DNA of 64,000 nt from Eubacteriales bacterium (lineage in GTDB: Bacteria > Bacillota > Clostridia > Lachnospirales > WRAX01): NCBI GenBank assembly GCA_031550435.1, contig JAVBOO010000009.1, positions 39,202 to 103,201 on the forward strand, written 5' to 3'. Positions 46,386 to 56,232 of this stretch are shown piece after piece. The position numbers and the translations under genes are program-made. Position 1 is the first letter of the stretch; the number at the start of each line of letters is the position of its first letter. Below the pieces are notes generated by a model. It did not search any database. It was given only the letters and a program-made list of their open reading frames with translations, and was not told the DNA's origin.

Positions 46386-47270
46386 CTATAGCCTCAGTTC
46401 ATCCAAGAATGTCGCAACTGTTTTGCTTTTAGGCAGTCTTTCGAGAGATACGGCTCCGAGCATATGAGTGAGCGGTTCCTTATCAAGTTCTGCCTTTATC
46501 AACCCTTCGAAGCCCTTAAGGCAAAAATCGGGCGCAAATCCGACGCCGAGCCCTGCCTTCGCCGTTTCGATAAGCAGGTCAACGCTGCCCATTTCGATTT
46601 CCGGAACAACGTTAATACCGTTGTCGGTCATGAGTTTGTCAAAATAAAAACGGGTGACGGTTTGCCTGTCCAGCACTATAAGAGGAAGTTTAGAAATTTC
46701 GGCAAGCGTATTCGGGATATGCTTGCCCTCCCAAATTTCTTTTGATAGAATAAAACAGTCGCGAACGGCGATTTGCTGTTCGAGCCTAAACACATTTTCG
46801 GGCAGGTTTTGAGGAATATTGACGACTGCGATATCAACATCGCCGTTTTGTAGCAGTCTGAGACAATCCGGAGACGTGCGGTTTACGATCGTGATTTTTA
46901 TGCCCGGATGAAGAACTCGGAATGTTTTTATCCTGGGAAGAAGAAAGTATTTGCATATGGTGTCGGTTGACGCGAGGCGTATTTCTCCGGATTCAAGATT
47001 CTGTCGCTCCAACAACATCCTTTCGCCTGCGTTTATCAGGGTAACGGCTTTTTTGACATAGTCGAACAGCATTTTACCGTCTTCTGTCATCCTGACCTGC
47101 TTGGTTCCCCTGTAAAACAACGGACAGCCGAGTTTCAGCTCCAGCTGCTTTATACCCTGGCTGACAGCCGACTGCGAAAGATAGAGCTCTTGCGCTCCTA
47201 TCGTAAAGCTTAGATTTTTTGCGACATGGTAAAACAGTTTATACAGTTCATAGCTCACATCAGCCTGCAT
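46386..47270 (-). CDS. LysR-family transcriptional regulator
   Basis: HTH region FTIGAQELYLSQSAVSQGIKQLELKLGCPLFYR followed by a LysR substrate-binding domain. RBS AAAGGAG precedes ATG 47270. It is divergent from the pur operon. Confidence 0.88.
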   Translation of the reverse strand: MQADVSYELYKLFYHVAKNLSFTIGAQELYLSQSAVSQGIKQLELKLGCPLFYRGTKQVRMTEDGKMLFDYVKKAVTLINAGERMLLERQNLESGEIRLASTDTICKYFLLPRIKTFRVLHPGIKITIVNRTSPDCLRLLQNGDVDIAVVNIPQNLPENVFRLEQQIAVRDCFILSKEIWEGKHIPNTLAEISKLPLIVLDRQTVTRFYFDKLMTDNGINVVPEIEMGSVDLLIETAKAGLGVGFAPDFCLKGFEGLIKAELDKEPLTHMLGAVSLERLPKSKTVATFLDELRL

Positions 47271-47427
47271 GGTTGCTCCTTTCATAAGCTGCGCTAATAA
47301 ATCGCAGTAGAAACATTAATTATGCTTCTTCATCTTACTATGCTAGAATGGAAAAGTACAGTCGTGTTTCGCAAAAACAGTCAAAAATCGGAACCGGTCG
47401 TAACTGTAAAGATTTTGGGAGGTAAAT

Positions 47428-50400
47428 ATGAACAGAGTTTATGTTGAGAAGAAAAAAGGTTTTGATTTGGGAGCTCTCGAAATTCAAAACGAAATTAACT
47501 CGTTCCTTAAAGTCGAAAGCGTAAAAAACACCCGCTTGCTTGTCCGCTATGACGCGGAGGGCTTTACGGACGAAGAGTTCGGCAGAGCGGTTAATGAACT
47601 GTTTTCTCAGAGTGTGACCGAAAACGTGTATGCTGCCGATTACAAACCGGAAGCGGGACGAGTTTTGGCGACGGAATATCTGCCCGGACAGTACGATCAG
47701 CGCAGTGATTTTGCTACGCAAAACGCGAAACTTCTGCTTGGGAAAGAAGAGTTGGCAGTTAAATGCAGCATAGTTATGCTTTTTGACGGCCAAATTTCCG
47801 ATGAAGATTTCGAAAAAATAAAAGGTTATTTCATTAATCGTGTCGAAAGTATGGAGAGCTCGCTCGACCTTCCAAAGACACTGCACATTAACTATAAAGA
47901 AATTGAAACAATCGAGACGCTCACGGGTTTTTGCGACCTCGACAAAGAGGGACTTTTGAAACTCCGCGGAGAAAAGGGCATTAACATGGATATCGAAGAT
48001 CTTCTGTTCTGCCAAGAGTATTTCCGCAAGGAGAAAAAAGACCCGACAATCACGGAAATACGCGCTTTTGATACGTACTGGTCCGACCATTGCCGTCACA
48101 GTACGTTTATGACGATTATCGACGAAATAAACGTTGAAGACAGTATTTACAAGCCCGCCATTCTCGACGCGCTCAACAGGTATTATTCGGCAAAGAAGCA
48201 GATGAACTCCGATAAACCGACTTGCCTGATGGACCTGGCAACAATCGGCATGAGACAGATGCGCCAAGTGGGAACTCTTTCGGACATGGAGGTTTCAGAC
48301 GAGGTTAACGCCTGCAGTATTTACGCTGATGTTGTTGTTGACGGCAAGCCCGAAGAATGGCTTTTTATGTTCAAGAACGAAACACATAACCATCCGACTG
48401 AAATCGAACCGTTCGGAGGGGCTTCAACCTGTCTCGGCGGCGGGATCAGAGATCCGCTTTCGGGCCGTTCGTATGTTCACGGCGCGATACGTCTGACAGG
48501 CTGCGGAAATCCGCTCACTCCTTATAAGGACACACTTTCCGGCAAGCTTCCTCAGCGCAAACTGACACGCACGGCTGCCGAGGGGTATTCGTCCTATTCG
48601 AACCAAATCGGCCTCGCTTCGGGTCATCTTATGGAAATTTATGACGACGGTTTTGTCGCGAAGCGCATGGAATGCGGAGCGCTCGTTGCGGGAGCCCGCA
48701 AAGAGGATGTTGTGCGCCTTGCTCCCATCAAAGGCGATGTTATTGTCCTTCTCGGAGGAAATACGGGAAGAGACGGTTGCGGCGGCGCGACGGGCTCTTC
48801 AAGGGAACACGACGAAAATTCTCTCGAAAACGGAGGAGCGGAGGTTCAAAAGGGCAACCCGGCTATAGAGAGAAATATAGTTCGCCTGTTCAGAGACCCC
48901 GTTGCTTCACGAATGATAAAAAAATGTAACGACTTCGGTGCCGGCGGCGTATCCGTAGCGGTATGCGAGCTTGCCGAAAGCCTTGATATTGACCTCAATA
49001 AAGTTCCTCTTAAATACGGCGGGTTGGACGGAACCGAAATAGCGATTTCCGAGTCTCAGGAGCGCATGGCGTGTATGCTTGCGGCCGCTGATCTTGACGC
49101 GTTTGTCGAAATGGCAAACAAAGAGAATCTTAACTGCGTAAAAATCGCGGAAGTAACCGACACGGGCAGAGTAATAATGAAATGGAACGGTAAAGTTATA
49201 GTCGACATTTCTGCCGAAATGCTTGGAAGCGGCGGAGTTCGCTCGCATACAAAAATCAATGTCGGTGCGCCGGCAGACGAAAAACTCGGCGGCATAAAAG
49301 TAAAGGGACTTGATGAAAAGAAAACGCTCAGGGAGAAATGGCTGCACAACATGTCGGATTTGAATGTCTGTTCGAAGGCTGAGATTGCGAATCGTTTTGA
49401 CACAACGGCTTCGGCGGGAACTGTATTCTTGCCTTACGGCGGAGCAAACCAAAAAACACCCGAGCTTGGGCTCTGTATGAAATTTCCCGCTCGTCTCGGA
49501 AAATGCGATACCGCTACACTCATGACGGTCGGGTATAATCCGAAACTGGGCTATTTCAGCCCGTTCCACCAGGGAATGTACGCAGTGCTCGAATCCGTTC
49601 ATAAAATCGTTGCCATGGGCGGAGATCTATCAAAAATAAAGCTTACGTTCCAGGAGTATTATGAAAAGCTCGGAACCGACGCAACACGCTGGGGCAAACC
49701 TTTTGCTGCCCTTCTCGGGGCATACAGGGCTGAGGACGAGCTTAAAATACCTTCAATCGGCGGCAAAGACAGCATGTCCGGTACGTTTACCGATATAGAC
49801 GTTCCGCCGTCGCTGATATCGTTTGCCGTAACCACAGGCGATGTTAACCGCGTTGTATCTTCGGCATTTAAGAAAGCCGGCAGTCGCGTTATACTTGTCA
49901 GCGCGGACAAAGGAAGCGACCTTGTTCCCGATTTTGACCAGATCAGAGGAAATCTCCGAGCGGTCAGCGAACTTTGCATGACCGGTCAAGTACTCGCTTC
50001 CGGCACCGCAGGCTTCGGCGGAGTTGCTGCCGCTGTTTCGAACATGTGCTTCGGAAACGGCATCGGCTTTGAGTTTGCGGACGGTGAACACAACTATTTT
50101 GAACCGGATTATACGGCAATTATTCTTGAGGTAACCGAGACAGCGGATTTAAGCGGTCTGAATTACAAAGAACTCGGAATAACAACATCAAGCGGTGTTA
50201 TATCGGCGGGGTCGGAGAAAATCTGCCTCAGCGAAGTGCTTCAGGCTTCCGAAAGCGCTCTTGAGCCGGTATTCTCGTCTGCCCCGCTTGTAAAGCCCGA
50301 ATACGAGTTTATACCCTTGGCGGACTTTGCGGGGAAAACAAACGCGGTTTCGTCTAAAAAAGTTAACCCGGTCGTTTTGATACCGATCTTCCCCGGAACA

Positions 50401-51672
50401 AACGGAGAATACGAGTTACAGGACGGCTTCACAAAAACCGGCGCCTGCGTCAAGACTTACTTGTTCTGTAACCGCACACCTGCGCTTAGAGAGAAAAGTT
50501 ACTCGGAACTTGCAGCGGAAATCGGCAAGGCAGACATTTTTGCGATACCTTCCGGCATGAGCGCCGGCAGCGAACCGGGCGGAAGTGCAAAGCTTATAGC
50601 GGTTATACTCAATGCCGCGCCGGTAAGAGAAGCTCTGACGGCTCTTATCGGAAGAGGCGGGCTTGTACTGGGAATAGGCGAGGGCTTCCATGCTCTTGTT
50701 AAAGTCGGGCTCCTGCCTTACGGAAAATTTTCGGAAAACACGGAAATTGCTCTTGAAAAGAACACACGCAACAAATATATCTGCCAGACCGGACGTATAC
50801 GAATCACAAGTACGAACACTCCTTGGCTGGCATCTCGTTCTGTCGGCGAAACGGGCCTTGTTCCTGTTTCGATACAGGAGGGCAGAGTCGTAATCGGCAA
50901 GGAAACGTTTGAGAGACTCAGCGCGAACGGACAAATTACGGCTCAGTATGTCGATAAACACGGAAACCCGACTATGTGTAAAACTTGCAACCCGACAGGC
51001 GCGGATTATGCAGTTGAAAGCATGACAGATCCGACGGGACGCATATTCGGCTGCACTTCATCTTTCGAAAGAACGGGCGTTGACGTTTACAAGAACGTAC
51101 CGGGAATAATGACACTTGATATACTTGAAAACGGCGTAAACTTCTTTGCGCAAAAACAGCCGCAGGTCGCAGTACTTATGGGAAGCGATTCCGACTGGAA
51201 GATCGTTAAGCCTGCGTGCGATATACTGAACAAATTCGGCGTGGACTTTGAAGTTAACGTACTTTCGGCGCACCGGACACCGGAGCGGACAGCCGAGTAT
51301 GTCAAAGCTCTGTACGGCAGGGGCTTTAAGGCAGTTATCGGAGCGGCGGGAAAAGCTGCGCACCTTGCCGGAGTTATCGCGGCCCATACGACGCTTCCCG
51401 TTATCGGCCTGCCGGTCGCAGGTTCCTCCGCAACGGCGGGCGGAATGGACGCTTTGCTGGCAACGGTTCAAATGCCGCCGGGCATACCCGTTGCGACGGT
51501 TGCTATAGACGGAGCGCAAAATGCGGCTCTTCTCGCACTTTCGATAATTGCCAACAACAATTTGAACATCCACAATAAGCTCGAACAGTACCGAAGAGAT
51601 ATGGAAGTAGCCGTAAACAACAAGCACTTAAGCCTTCAAAACGAGGTGAAAAACGCTTATGGAAAGCACTAA
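47428..51672 (+). CDS. purL: phosphoribosylformylglycinamidine synthase (single-chain large PurL) fused in frame to a PurE domain (class I-like N5-CAIR mutase)
   Basis: 1414 aa. PurL blocks include FKNETHNHPTEIEPFGGASTCLGGGIRD, and a C-terminal glutaminase domain is present. The last ~160 aa (VAVLMGSDSDWKIV...VLSAHRTPERT...AAGKAAHLAGVIAAHTTLPVIGLPV) are an unmistakable PurE. There is no stop codon between the two parts. Confidence 0.9.
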   Translation: MNRVYVEKKKGFDLGALEIQNEINSFLKVESVKNTRLLVRYDAEGFTDEEFGRAVNELFSQSVTENVYAADYKPEAGRVLATEYLPGQYDQRSDFATQNAKLLLGKEELAVKCSIVMLFDGQISDEDFEKIKGYFINRVESMESSLDLPKTLHINYKEIETIETLTGFCDLDKEGLLKLRGEKGINMDIEDLLFCQEYFRKEKKDPTITEIRAFDTYWSDHCRHSTFMTIIDEINVEDSIYKPAILDALNRYYSAKKQMNSDKPTCLMDLATIGMRQMRQVGTLSDMEVSDEVNACSIYADVVVDGKPEEWLFMFKNETHNHPTEIEPFGGASTCLGGGIRDPLSGRSYVHGAIRLTGCGNPLTPYKDTLSGKLPQRKLTRTAAEGYSSYSNQIGLASGHLMEIYDDGFVAKRMECGALVAGARKEDVVRLAPIKGDVIVLLGGNTGRDGCGGATGSSREHDENSLENGGAEVQKGNPAIERNIVRLFRDPVASRMIKKCNDFGAGGVSVAVCELAESLDIDLNKVPLKYGGLDGTEIAISESQERMACMLAAADLDAFVEMANKENLNCVKIAEVTDTGRVIMKWNGKVIVDISAEMLGSGGVRSHTKINVGAPADEKLGGIKVKGLDEKKTLREKWLHNMSDLNVCSKAEIANRFDTTASAGTVFLPYGGANQKTPELGLCMKFPARLGKCDTATLMTVGYNPKLGYFSPFHQGMYAVLESVHKIVAMGGDLSKIKLTFQEYYEKLGTDATRWGKPFAALLGAYRAEDELKIPSIGGKDSMSGTFTDIDVPPSLISFAVTTGDVNRVVSSAFKKAGSRVILVSADKGSDLVPDFDQIRGNLRAVSELCMTGQVLASGTAGFGGVAAAVSNMCFGNGIGFEFADGEHNYFEPDYTAIILEVTETADLSGLNYKELGITTSSGVISAGSEKICLSEVLQASESALEPVFSSAPLVKPEYEFIPLADFAGKTNAVSSKKVNPVVLIPIFPGTNGEYELQDGFTKTGACVKTYLFCNRTPALREKSYSELAAEIGKADIFAIPSGMSAGSEPGGSAKLIAVILNAAPVREALTALIGRGGLVLGIGEGFHALVKVGLLPYGKFSENTEIALEKNTRNKYICQTGRIRITSTNTPWLASRSVGETGLVPVSIQEGRVVIGKETFERLSANGQITAQYVDKHGNPTMCKTCNPTGADYAVESMTDPTGRIFGCTSSFERTGVDVYKNVPGIMTLDILENGVNFFAQKQPQVAVLMGSDSDWKIVKPACDILNKFGVDFEVNVLSAHRTPERTAEYVKALYGRGFKAVIGAAGKAAHLAGVIAAHTTLPVIGLPVAGSSATAGGMDALLATVQMPPGIPVATVAIDGAQNAALLALSIIANNNLNIHNKLEQYRRDMEVAVNNKHLSLQNEVKNAYGKH

Positions 51673-53041
51673 GTTCCGGGACGCTTGCGGAGTATTCGGC
51701 ATATACGACAGAAACAACAACGACAGCGCCGATTTAACATATTTCGCACTCATGTCCCTGCAGCACAGAGGGCAGGAAAGCGCAGGCATTGCGGTCAGCA
51801 ATGAAGGCGCGGTAACGTGCTATAAAGATTCGGGGCTTGTACAGGAAAGTTTGAACGATAAAATACTGAGCATACTCAGGAGTGACATGTCCATCGGGCA
51901 TGTTCGCTACGGGCTTCGAAAGGAAAACGGGCCGCAGTACGCTCAGCCGCACGTTGCCGGATACAAGCACGGTAATATGGCCGTGGCTCTAAACGGAGCA
52001 CTGACGAACAACGCGGTGCTGCGAAAAAAGCTTGAGGAAGAGGGCGCGGTGTTCACGACCAACAGCGACTGCGAAGTAATATCCGCGCTTATCGCAAAGC
52101 ACTTCAAGGCGAGCGTGACAGAAGCGGTGAAACTTGCGGTCAGAGAGCTCGAAGGCGGTTTTTCTCTTGTTATATTAATGGGTGGCAAAATTTTGGGTGC
52201 GCGCGATCGTTACGGCATACGTCCGCTTTCGATCGGAAAGCTGCTTAACGGTTATGCGATTTCGTCGGAAAGCTGCGCTTTTGACATAATCGGGGCTGAG
52301 CTTGTTTGCGACGTTAATCCGGGAGAAATCGTTGTTATTGATTCGACAGCTCCGGGCATACACTTCGTAAACACGCTTGACAAGCCTCAGCAAGTTAAGG
52401 CAATGTGCGCGTTCGAGTTCGTGTATTTTGCCAGACCCGACTCGGTTATGAACGGAATCAGCGTACATGCATCCAGAGAGAGGGCCGGAAGGCAGCTCGC
52501 GAGGGAATATCCGGCCGATGCGGATTGCGTTATCGGCGTTCCGGATTCGGGAATCGCCGCCGCCGTTGGTTATGCCGCGGAAAGCGGTTTGCCGTATTCT
52601 CTGGGCTTTGTAAAAAACCGTTATGTCGGGCGAACGTTCATTAAACCGACACAGGCTCAAAGGGAGCTCGCGGTCAAGCTTAAGCTTAACCCGATACGGG
52701 AAGTAGTCGAAGGCAAACGAATCGTACTTGTGGACGACAGCATAGTCAGAGGAACAACCAGCCTGCAAATCATCGAATCTTTGAGAAATGCGGGAGCTAA
52801 GGAAGTGCATGTGCGCATACCAACGCCCGAGGTAAAAAATATTTGTCCGTTCGGAATCGATATACCCGATAAAGGAGAATTAATCTCGGCAAAACATTCT
52901 ACACTGGAAATATGCAAGATGATAACTGCCGATTCTCTCGGGTTTTTGAGCAGCGAAGGCATACTTGCCGCACTCGAGAGCGATTGCGGTGGATATTGCA
53001 GCGGCTGTTTAACGGGTAACTGGCCCGGCATAAATATGTAG
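51659..53041 (+). CDS. purF: amidophosphoribosyltransferase
   Basis: N-terminal nucleophile CGVFGI and PRPP-binding motif VLVDDSIVRGTT. It overlaps the purL::purE end by 14 nt. Confidence 0.93.
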   Translation: MESTKFRDACGVFGIYDRNNNDSADLTYFALMSLQHRGQESAGIAVSNEGAVTCYKDSGLVQESLNDKILSILRSDMSIGHVRYGLRKENGPQYAQPHVAGYKHGNMAVALNGALTNNAVLRKKLEEEGAVFTTNSDCEVISALIAKHFKASVTEAVKLAVRELEGGFSLVILMGGKILGARDRYGIRPLSIGKLLNGYAISSESCAFDIIGAELVCDVNPGEIVVIDSTAPGIHFVNTLDKPQQVKAMCAFEFVYFARPDSVMNGISVHASRERAGRQLAREYPADADCVIGVPDSGIAAAVGYAAESGLPYSLGFVKNRYVGRTFIKPTQAQRELAVKLKLNPIREVVEGKRIVLVDDSIVRGTTSLQIIESLRNAGAKEVHVRIPTPEVKNICPFGIDIPDKGELISAKHSTLEICKMITADSLGFLSSEGILAALESDCGGYCSGCLTGNWPGINM

Positions 53042-53064
53042 AACTACGAGCCTTGGAGGTAATT

Positions 53065-54105
53065 ATGGAAGAGAGAATGACATACAAGTCCGCGGGGGTA
53101 GACGTAACGGCAGGTTATGATGCCGTTGCCAGGATGAAAAAGCATGTAGCGCGCACAAAAATACCCGGCCTTCTGGGCGGACTCGGCGACTTTGGCGGCA
53201 TGTTCGAACTGCCGCAGGGATACAAGCAGCCCGTGCTCGTTTCCGGAACGGACGGTGTCGGAACGAAGCTTCAGCTCGCGTTCATGACCGGCATACACAA
53301 CACAATAGGAATCGACTGTGTCGCGATGTGTGCAAACGACATAGTCTGCCAAGGCGCAAAACCGCTCGTTTTTCTGGACTATATAGGCTGCGGGGTTCTA
53401 CGTCCGGAGTTGGTCGAAGCAATAGTCGAAGGTGTTTCGGAAGGCTGCGTACAGGCAGGTTGTGCGCTTGTCGGCGGTGAAACGGCGGAGATGCCGGGAT
53501 TCTACAAGGACGACGAATATGATGTTGCGGGTTTTTGCGTCGGCATAGCGGAAAAGGACAGGCTGATTACAAAGTCAAACGTGAAAAAGGGCGATGTATT
53601 GATAGGTCTGCCGTCTTCGGGAGTTCATTCAAACGGTTTTTCTCTTGTTCGCAGACTATTTTTTCAAAAGCTTAACTATACTGCGGATACAAAAATACCC
53701 GAGCTCTCAAAGACTCTCGGCGAAACGCTGCTGACACCGACAAAGATATACGTCAAATCGGTGCTCGCCGCTCTTGAAATAGCCGAAATACACGGAATCG
53801 CGCATATTACCGGCGGCGGTTTTATCGAGAACATACCGAGAATTATCCCAGAGCATCTCGAAGCGAGAGTAAACATAAACTCTGTTCCCAAGCAGGCAAT
53901 ATTCGAACTTATAGAGAAGCTCGGAAACATTGAAAAGCGTGAACTTTATAACACGTTTAACATGGGCATAGGCCTTGTGCTCGCGGTTCCCGAGAAGGAT
54001 TGCGATGCCGCGGTGCAGGCGCTGAAGGGCGAAAATCCCGTTATAATCGGCGAGGTGGCCGAGAGAACGGGGCAAAGCGAGGGGATAGTATTAGCCGGAA
54101 TATAG
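53065..54105 (+). CDS. purM: phosphoribosylformylglycinamidine cyclo-ligase (AIR synthetase)
   Basis: YKSAGVDV, LGDFGGMF, SGTDGVGTKL and GGETAEMPG. RBS GGAGGT lies 4 nt before ATG 53065. The ORF track starts at TTG 53053. Confidence 0.93.
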   Translation: MEERMTYKSAGVDVTAGYDAVARMKKHVARTKIPGLLGGLGDFGGMFELPQGYKQPVLVSGTDGVGTKLQLAFMTGIHNTIGIDCVAMCANDIVCQGAKPLVFLDYIGCGVLRPELVEAIVEGVSEGCVQAGCALVGGETAEMPGFYKDDEYDVAGFCVGIAEKDRLITKSNVKKGDVLIGLPSSGVHSNGFSLVRRLFFQKLNYTADTKIPELSKTLGETLLTPTKIYVKSVLAALEIAEIHGIAHITGGGFIENIPRIIPEHLEARVNINSVPKQAIFELIEKLGNIEKRELYNTFNMGIGLVLAVPEKDCDAAVQALKGENPVIIGEVAERTGQSEGIVLAGI

Positions 54106-54680
54106 TAGTTTTGGTATCGGGCGGCGGCTCGAACCTGCAAAGTATTATCGACGGGATAGCGGACGGACGCATTCAAAACGGCAGAATTGCCGCGGTTATA
54201 AGCGACACACCGGGAGCATATGCGCTCAAACGCGCCGAACATGCGGGGATTGACGCTATCTTGCTTGATAAGAAGTCTTTCCCCGACAGAAAATCGTTTA
54301 ATCAAAAACTTTCGGAGACGATAGACGGCTACAAACCGGATTTAATCGTTCTCGCCGGTTATTTAAGCATAATCGCGAAATCGCTAACCGAGCGTTACGA
54401 AAACAGAATAATCAACATACATCCGGCTCTCATACCGGCATTTTGCGGAAAAGGCTTTTACGGGCATAGGGTGCATGACGCGGTTATTGCGGCAGGAGTT
54501 AAAGAATCCGGCGCTACGGTACATTACGTTGACGGCGGAGTAGATACGGGTCCTATAATAATCCGTGAGACGGTACCGGTACCGGACGGGGATACCGCAG
54601 AAACACTCGCGGAAAGGGTGCTGAAAGTTGAGCACAAAATAATAGTGCAGGCTGTAAACAAAGTCTTAAACGAGGGGTAG
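54090..54680 (+). CDS. purN: phosphoribosylglycinamide formyltransferase
   Basis: VLVSGGGSNLQSIID, INIHPALIP and HYVDGGVDTGPII. The start is uncertain. The only in-frame candidates near the conserved N-terminus are ATT 54090 (GAGGGG 5 nt upstream), ATA 54102 and TTG 54111. TTG 54000 would add 30 non-conserved residues overlapping purM. Confidence 0.85.
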   Translation: MSRNIVVLVSGGGSNLQSIIDGIADGRIQNGRIAAVISDTPGAYALKRAEHAGIDAILLDKKSFPDRKSFNQKLSETIDGYKPDLIVLAGYLSIIAKSLTERYENRIINIHPALIPAFCGKGFYGHRVHDAVIAAGVKESGATVHYVDGGVDTGPIIIRETVPVPDGDTAETLAERVLKVEHKIIVQAVNKVLNEG

Positions 54681-54685
54681 GCATT

Positions 54686-56221
54686 ATGAAACGAGCTGTA
54701 ATCAGCGTAAGCGACAAATCCGGAATAGTCGAATTTGCGGCGGCTCTTGCGGCAAAAGGCTATGAAATTATTTCAACGGGCGGCACGGCCTCGGTTTTGA
54801 GACAGGCAGGAATCAATGTAATCGAGATTGAAGACGTTACGGGCTTTCCGGAATGTTTCGACGGGCGGGTGAAAACTTTGCACCCGCTCATACACGGCGG
54901 CGTTTTATATCTTCGGGACAACGCGGAGCATGTTGCTACTGCCGAAAAATACGGAATGCATTCAATCGACCTGATTTGCGTTAACCTGTACCCGTTTAAA
55001 AAGACGGTTGCAAAGCAGGATCACAGCCTTGCCGAAGCCATCGAAAACATCGATATCGGCGGCCCTTCTCTGATAAGGTCTGGTTCAAAGAACTACCGTT
55101 TTGTCACGGTTGTAACCGATACGGAGGATTACTCGAGCGTAATAGAAAACATGGATTCGCAAGGCAATGTATCAGCCGAACTGCGCTTTAAGCTCTCGGC
55201 AAAGGCATTTGCACATACCGCGGCTTACGATGCTTTTATTGCGGAATATCTCGCAAAGGCAGCCGGTACGGAGAAATTTCCGAAGCAGCTTACGCTTACG
55301 TTTGAGAAAAAGCAGGAACTGCGCTACGGCGAAAACTCTCACCAGCAGGCTGCATACTACACAAAGCCGGATATTGATACGAGCTGCATAACTGCCGCGA
55401 AATTTTTGCACGGTAAAGAGCTTTCGTATAATAATATAGGCGATGCAGACGGAGCGGTCGCGATTGTTAAAGAGTTTGACAAGCCGGTTTGTGTTGCGGT
55501 CAAACATGCTACACCCTGCGCGGTTTCACTCGGAAGCGATTCGTGCCAGGCTTTTATACGTGCGTATAACGCCGACCCGGTTTCGATTTACGGCGGAATA
55601 ATCGCTTTTAATACAATAGTAACGGAAGAATGCGCCGCTGAGATAAACAAGATTTTTGCCGAGATAGTAATTGCTCCTTCTTTCACGGACACAGCGCTCG
55701 CGATACTGGCAAAAAAGAAAAACCTGAGAATACTGGAGCTTCCCGAAATAGCCGAGAGAGTAAAAAGCGATACCGAATTCAAATTTATCTCAAACGGTCT
55801 GCTTGTTCAGGATAAAGACTCGGGCGGTGGTTTTTCGGATAAAACATGCGTGACGGAGGTTCAGCCCGCGCCCGAATCCGTCGAGGATTTGGAATTTGCG
55901 ATGCTTGTGTGCAAGCATGTTAAATCAAACGCCATTGTAATTGCAAAAAACGGTTGCACGCTGGGAATCGGCGGGGGTTCGGTCAGCAGGGTTTGGGCTG
56001 CGGAAAGCGCTGTGCTTCGCGCAGGCGAGTACACAAGGGGCGCAGTCTTGGCTTCCGATGCATTCTTTCCGTTCGACGATGTCGTCAAGCTCTGCGCAAA
56101 GGCAGGAATTTCGGCGATCATTCAACCCGGAGGCTCAATTAACGACAACGTGTCGATTGCTGCGTGCGACGAAGCGGGAATAGCAATGGTGTTTACGGGC
56201 ATAAGGCATTTCAAACACTAA
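54686..56221 (+). CDS. purH: bifunctional AICAR transformylase / IMP cyclohydrolase
   Basis: 511 aa. It has the MGS-like N-terminus MKRAVISVSDKSGIVEFA...STGGTA and the AICARFT domain (GGIIAFN, IIQPGGSINDN). Confidence 0.93.
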   Translation: MKRAVISVSDKSGIVEFAAALAAKGYEIISTGGTASVLRQAGINVIEIEDVTGFPECFDGRVKTLHPLIHGGVLYLRDNAEHVATAEKYGMHSIDLICVNLYPFKKTVAKQDHSLAEAIENIDIGGPSLIRSGSKNYRFVTVVTDTEDYSSVIENMDSQGNVSAELRFKLSAKAFAHTAAYDAFIAEYLAKAAGTEKFPKQLTLTFEKKQELRYGENSHQQAAYYTKPDIDTSCITAAKFLHGKELSYNNIGDADGAVAIVKEFDKPVCVAVKHATPCAVSLGSDSCQAFIRAYNADPVSIYGGIIAFNTIVTEECAAEINKIFAEIVIAPSFTDTALAILAKKKNLRILELPEIAERVKSDTEFKFISNGLLVQDKDSGGGFSDKTCVTEVQPAPESVEDLEFAMLVCKHVKSNAIVIAKNGCTLGIGGGSVSRVWAAESAVLRAGEYTRGAVLASDAFFPFDDVVKLCAKAGISAIIQPGGSINDNVSIAACDEAGIAMVFTGIRHFKH

Positions 56222-56232
56222 CGGAGGCCTAA

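Noticed and set aside
47286-47427. A purine (guanine/adenine) or ZTP riboswitch, or a PurR box, upstream of the pur operon.
   Set aside because: The 140-nt region has a TGcTAGAAT -10 element. It has no UAUAAU...CCGGGCACC-type purine aptamer core and no GGGTCGTGA...CCGCCTGGGCA ZTP signature that I can see.
51100-51200. The PurL::PurE fusion being two genes with an unrecognised stop.
   Set aside because: The frame is continuous in the sequence given, with no stop between the PurL glutaminase domain and the PurE GSDSD motif. A sequencing indel cannot be excluded from sequence alone.
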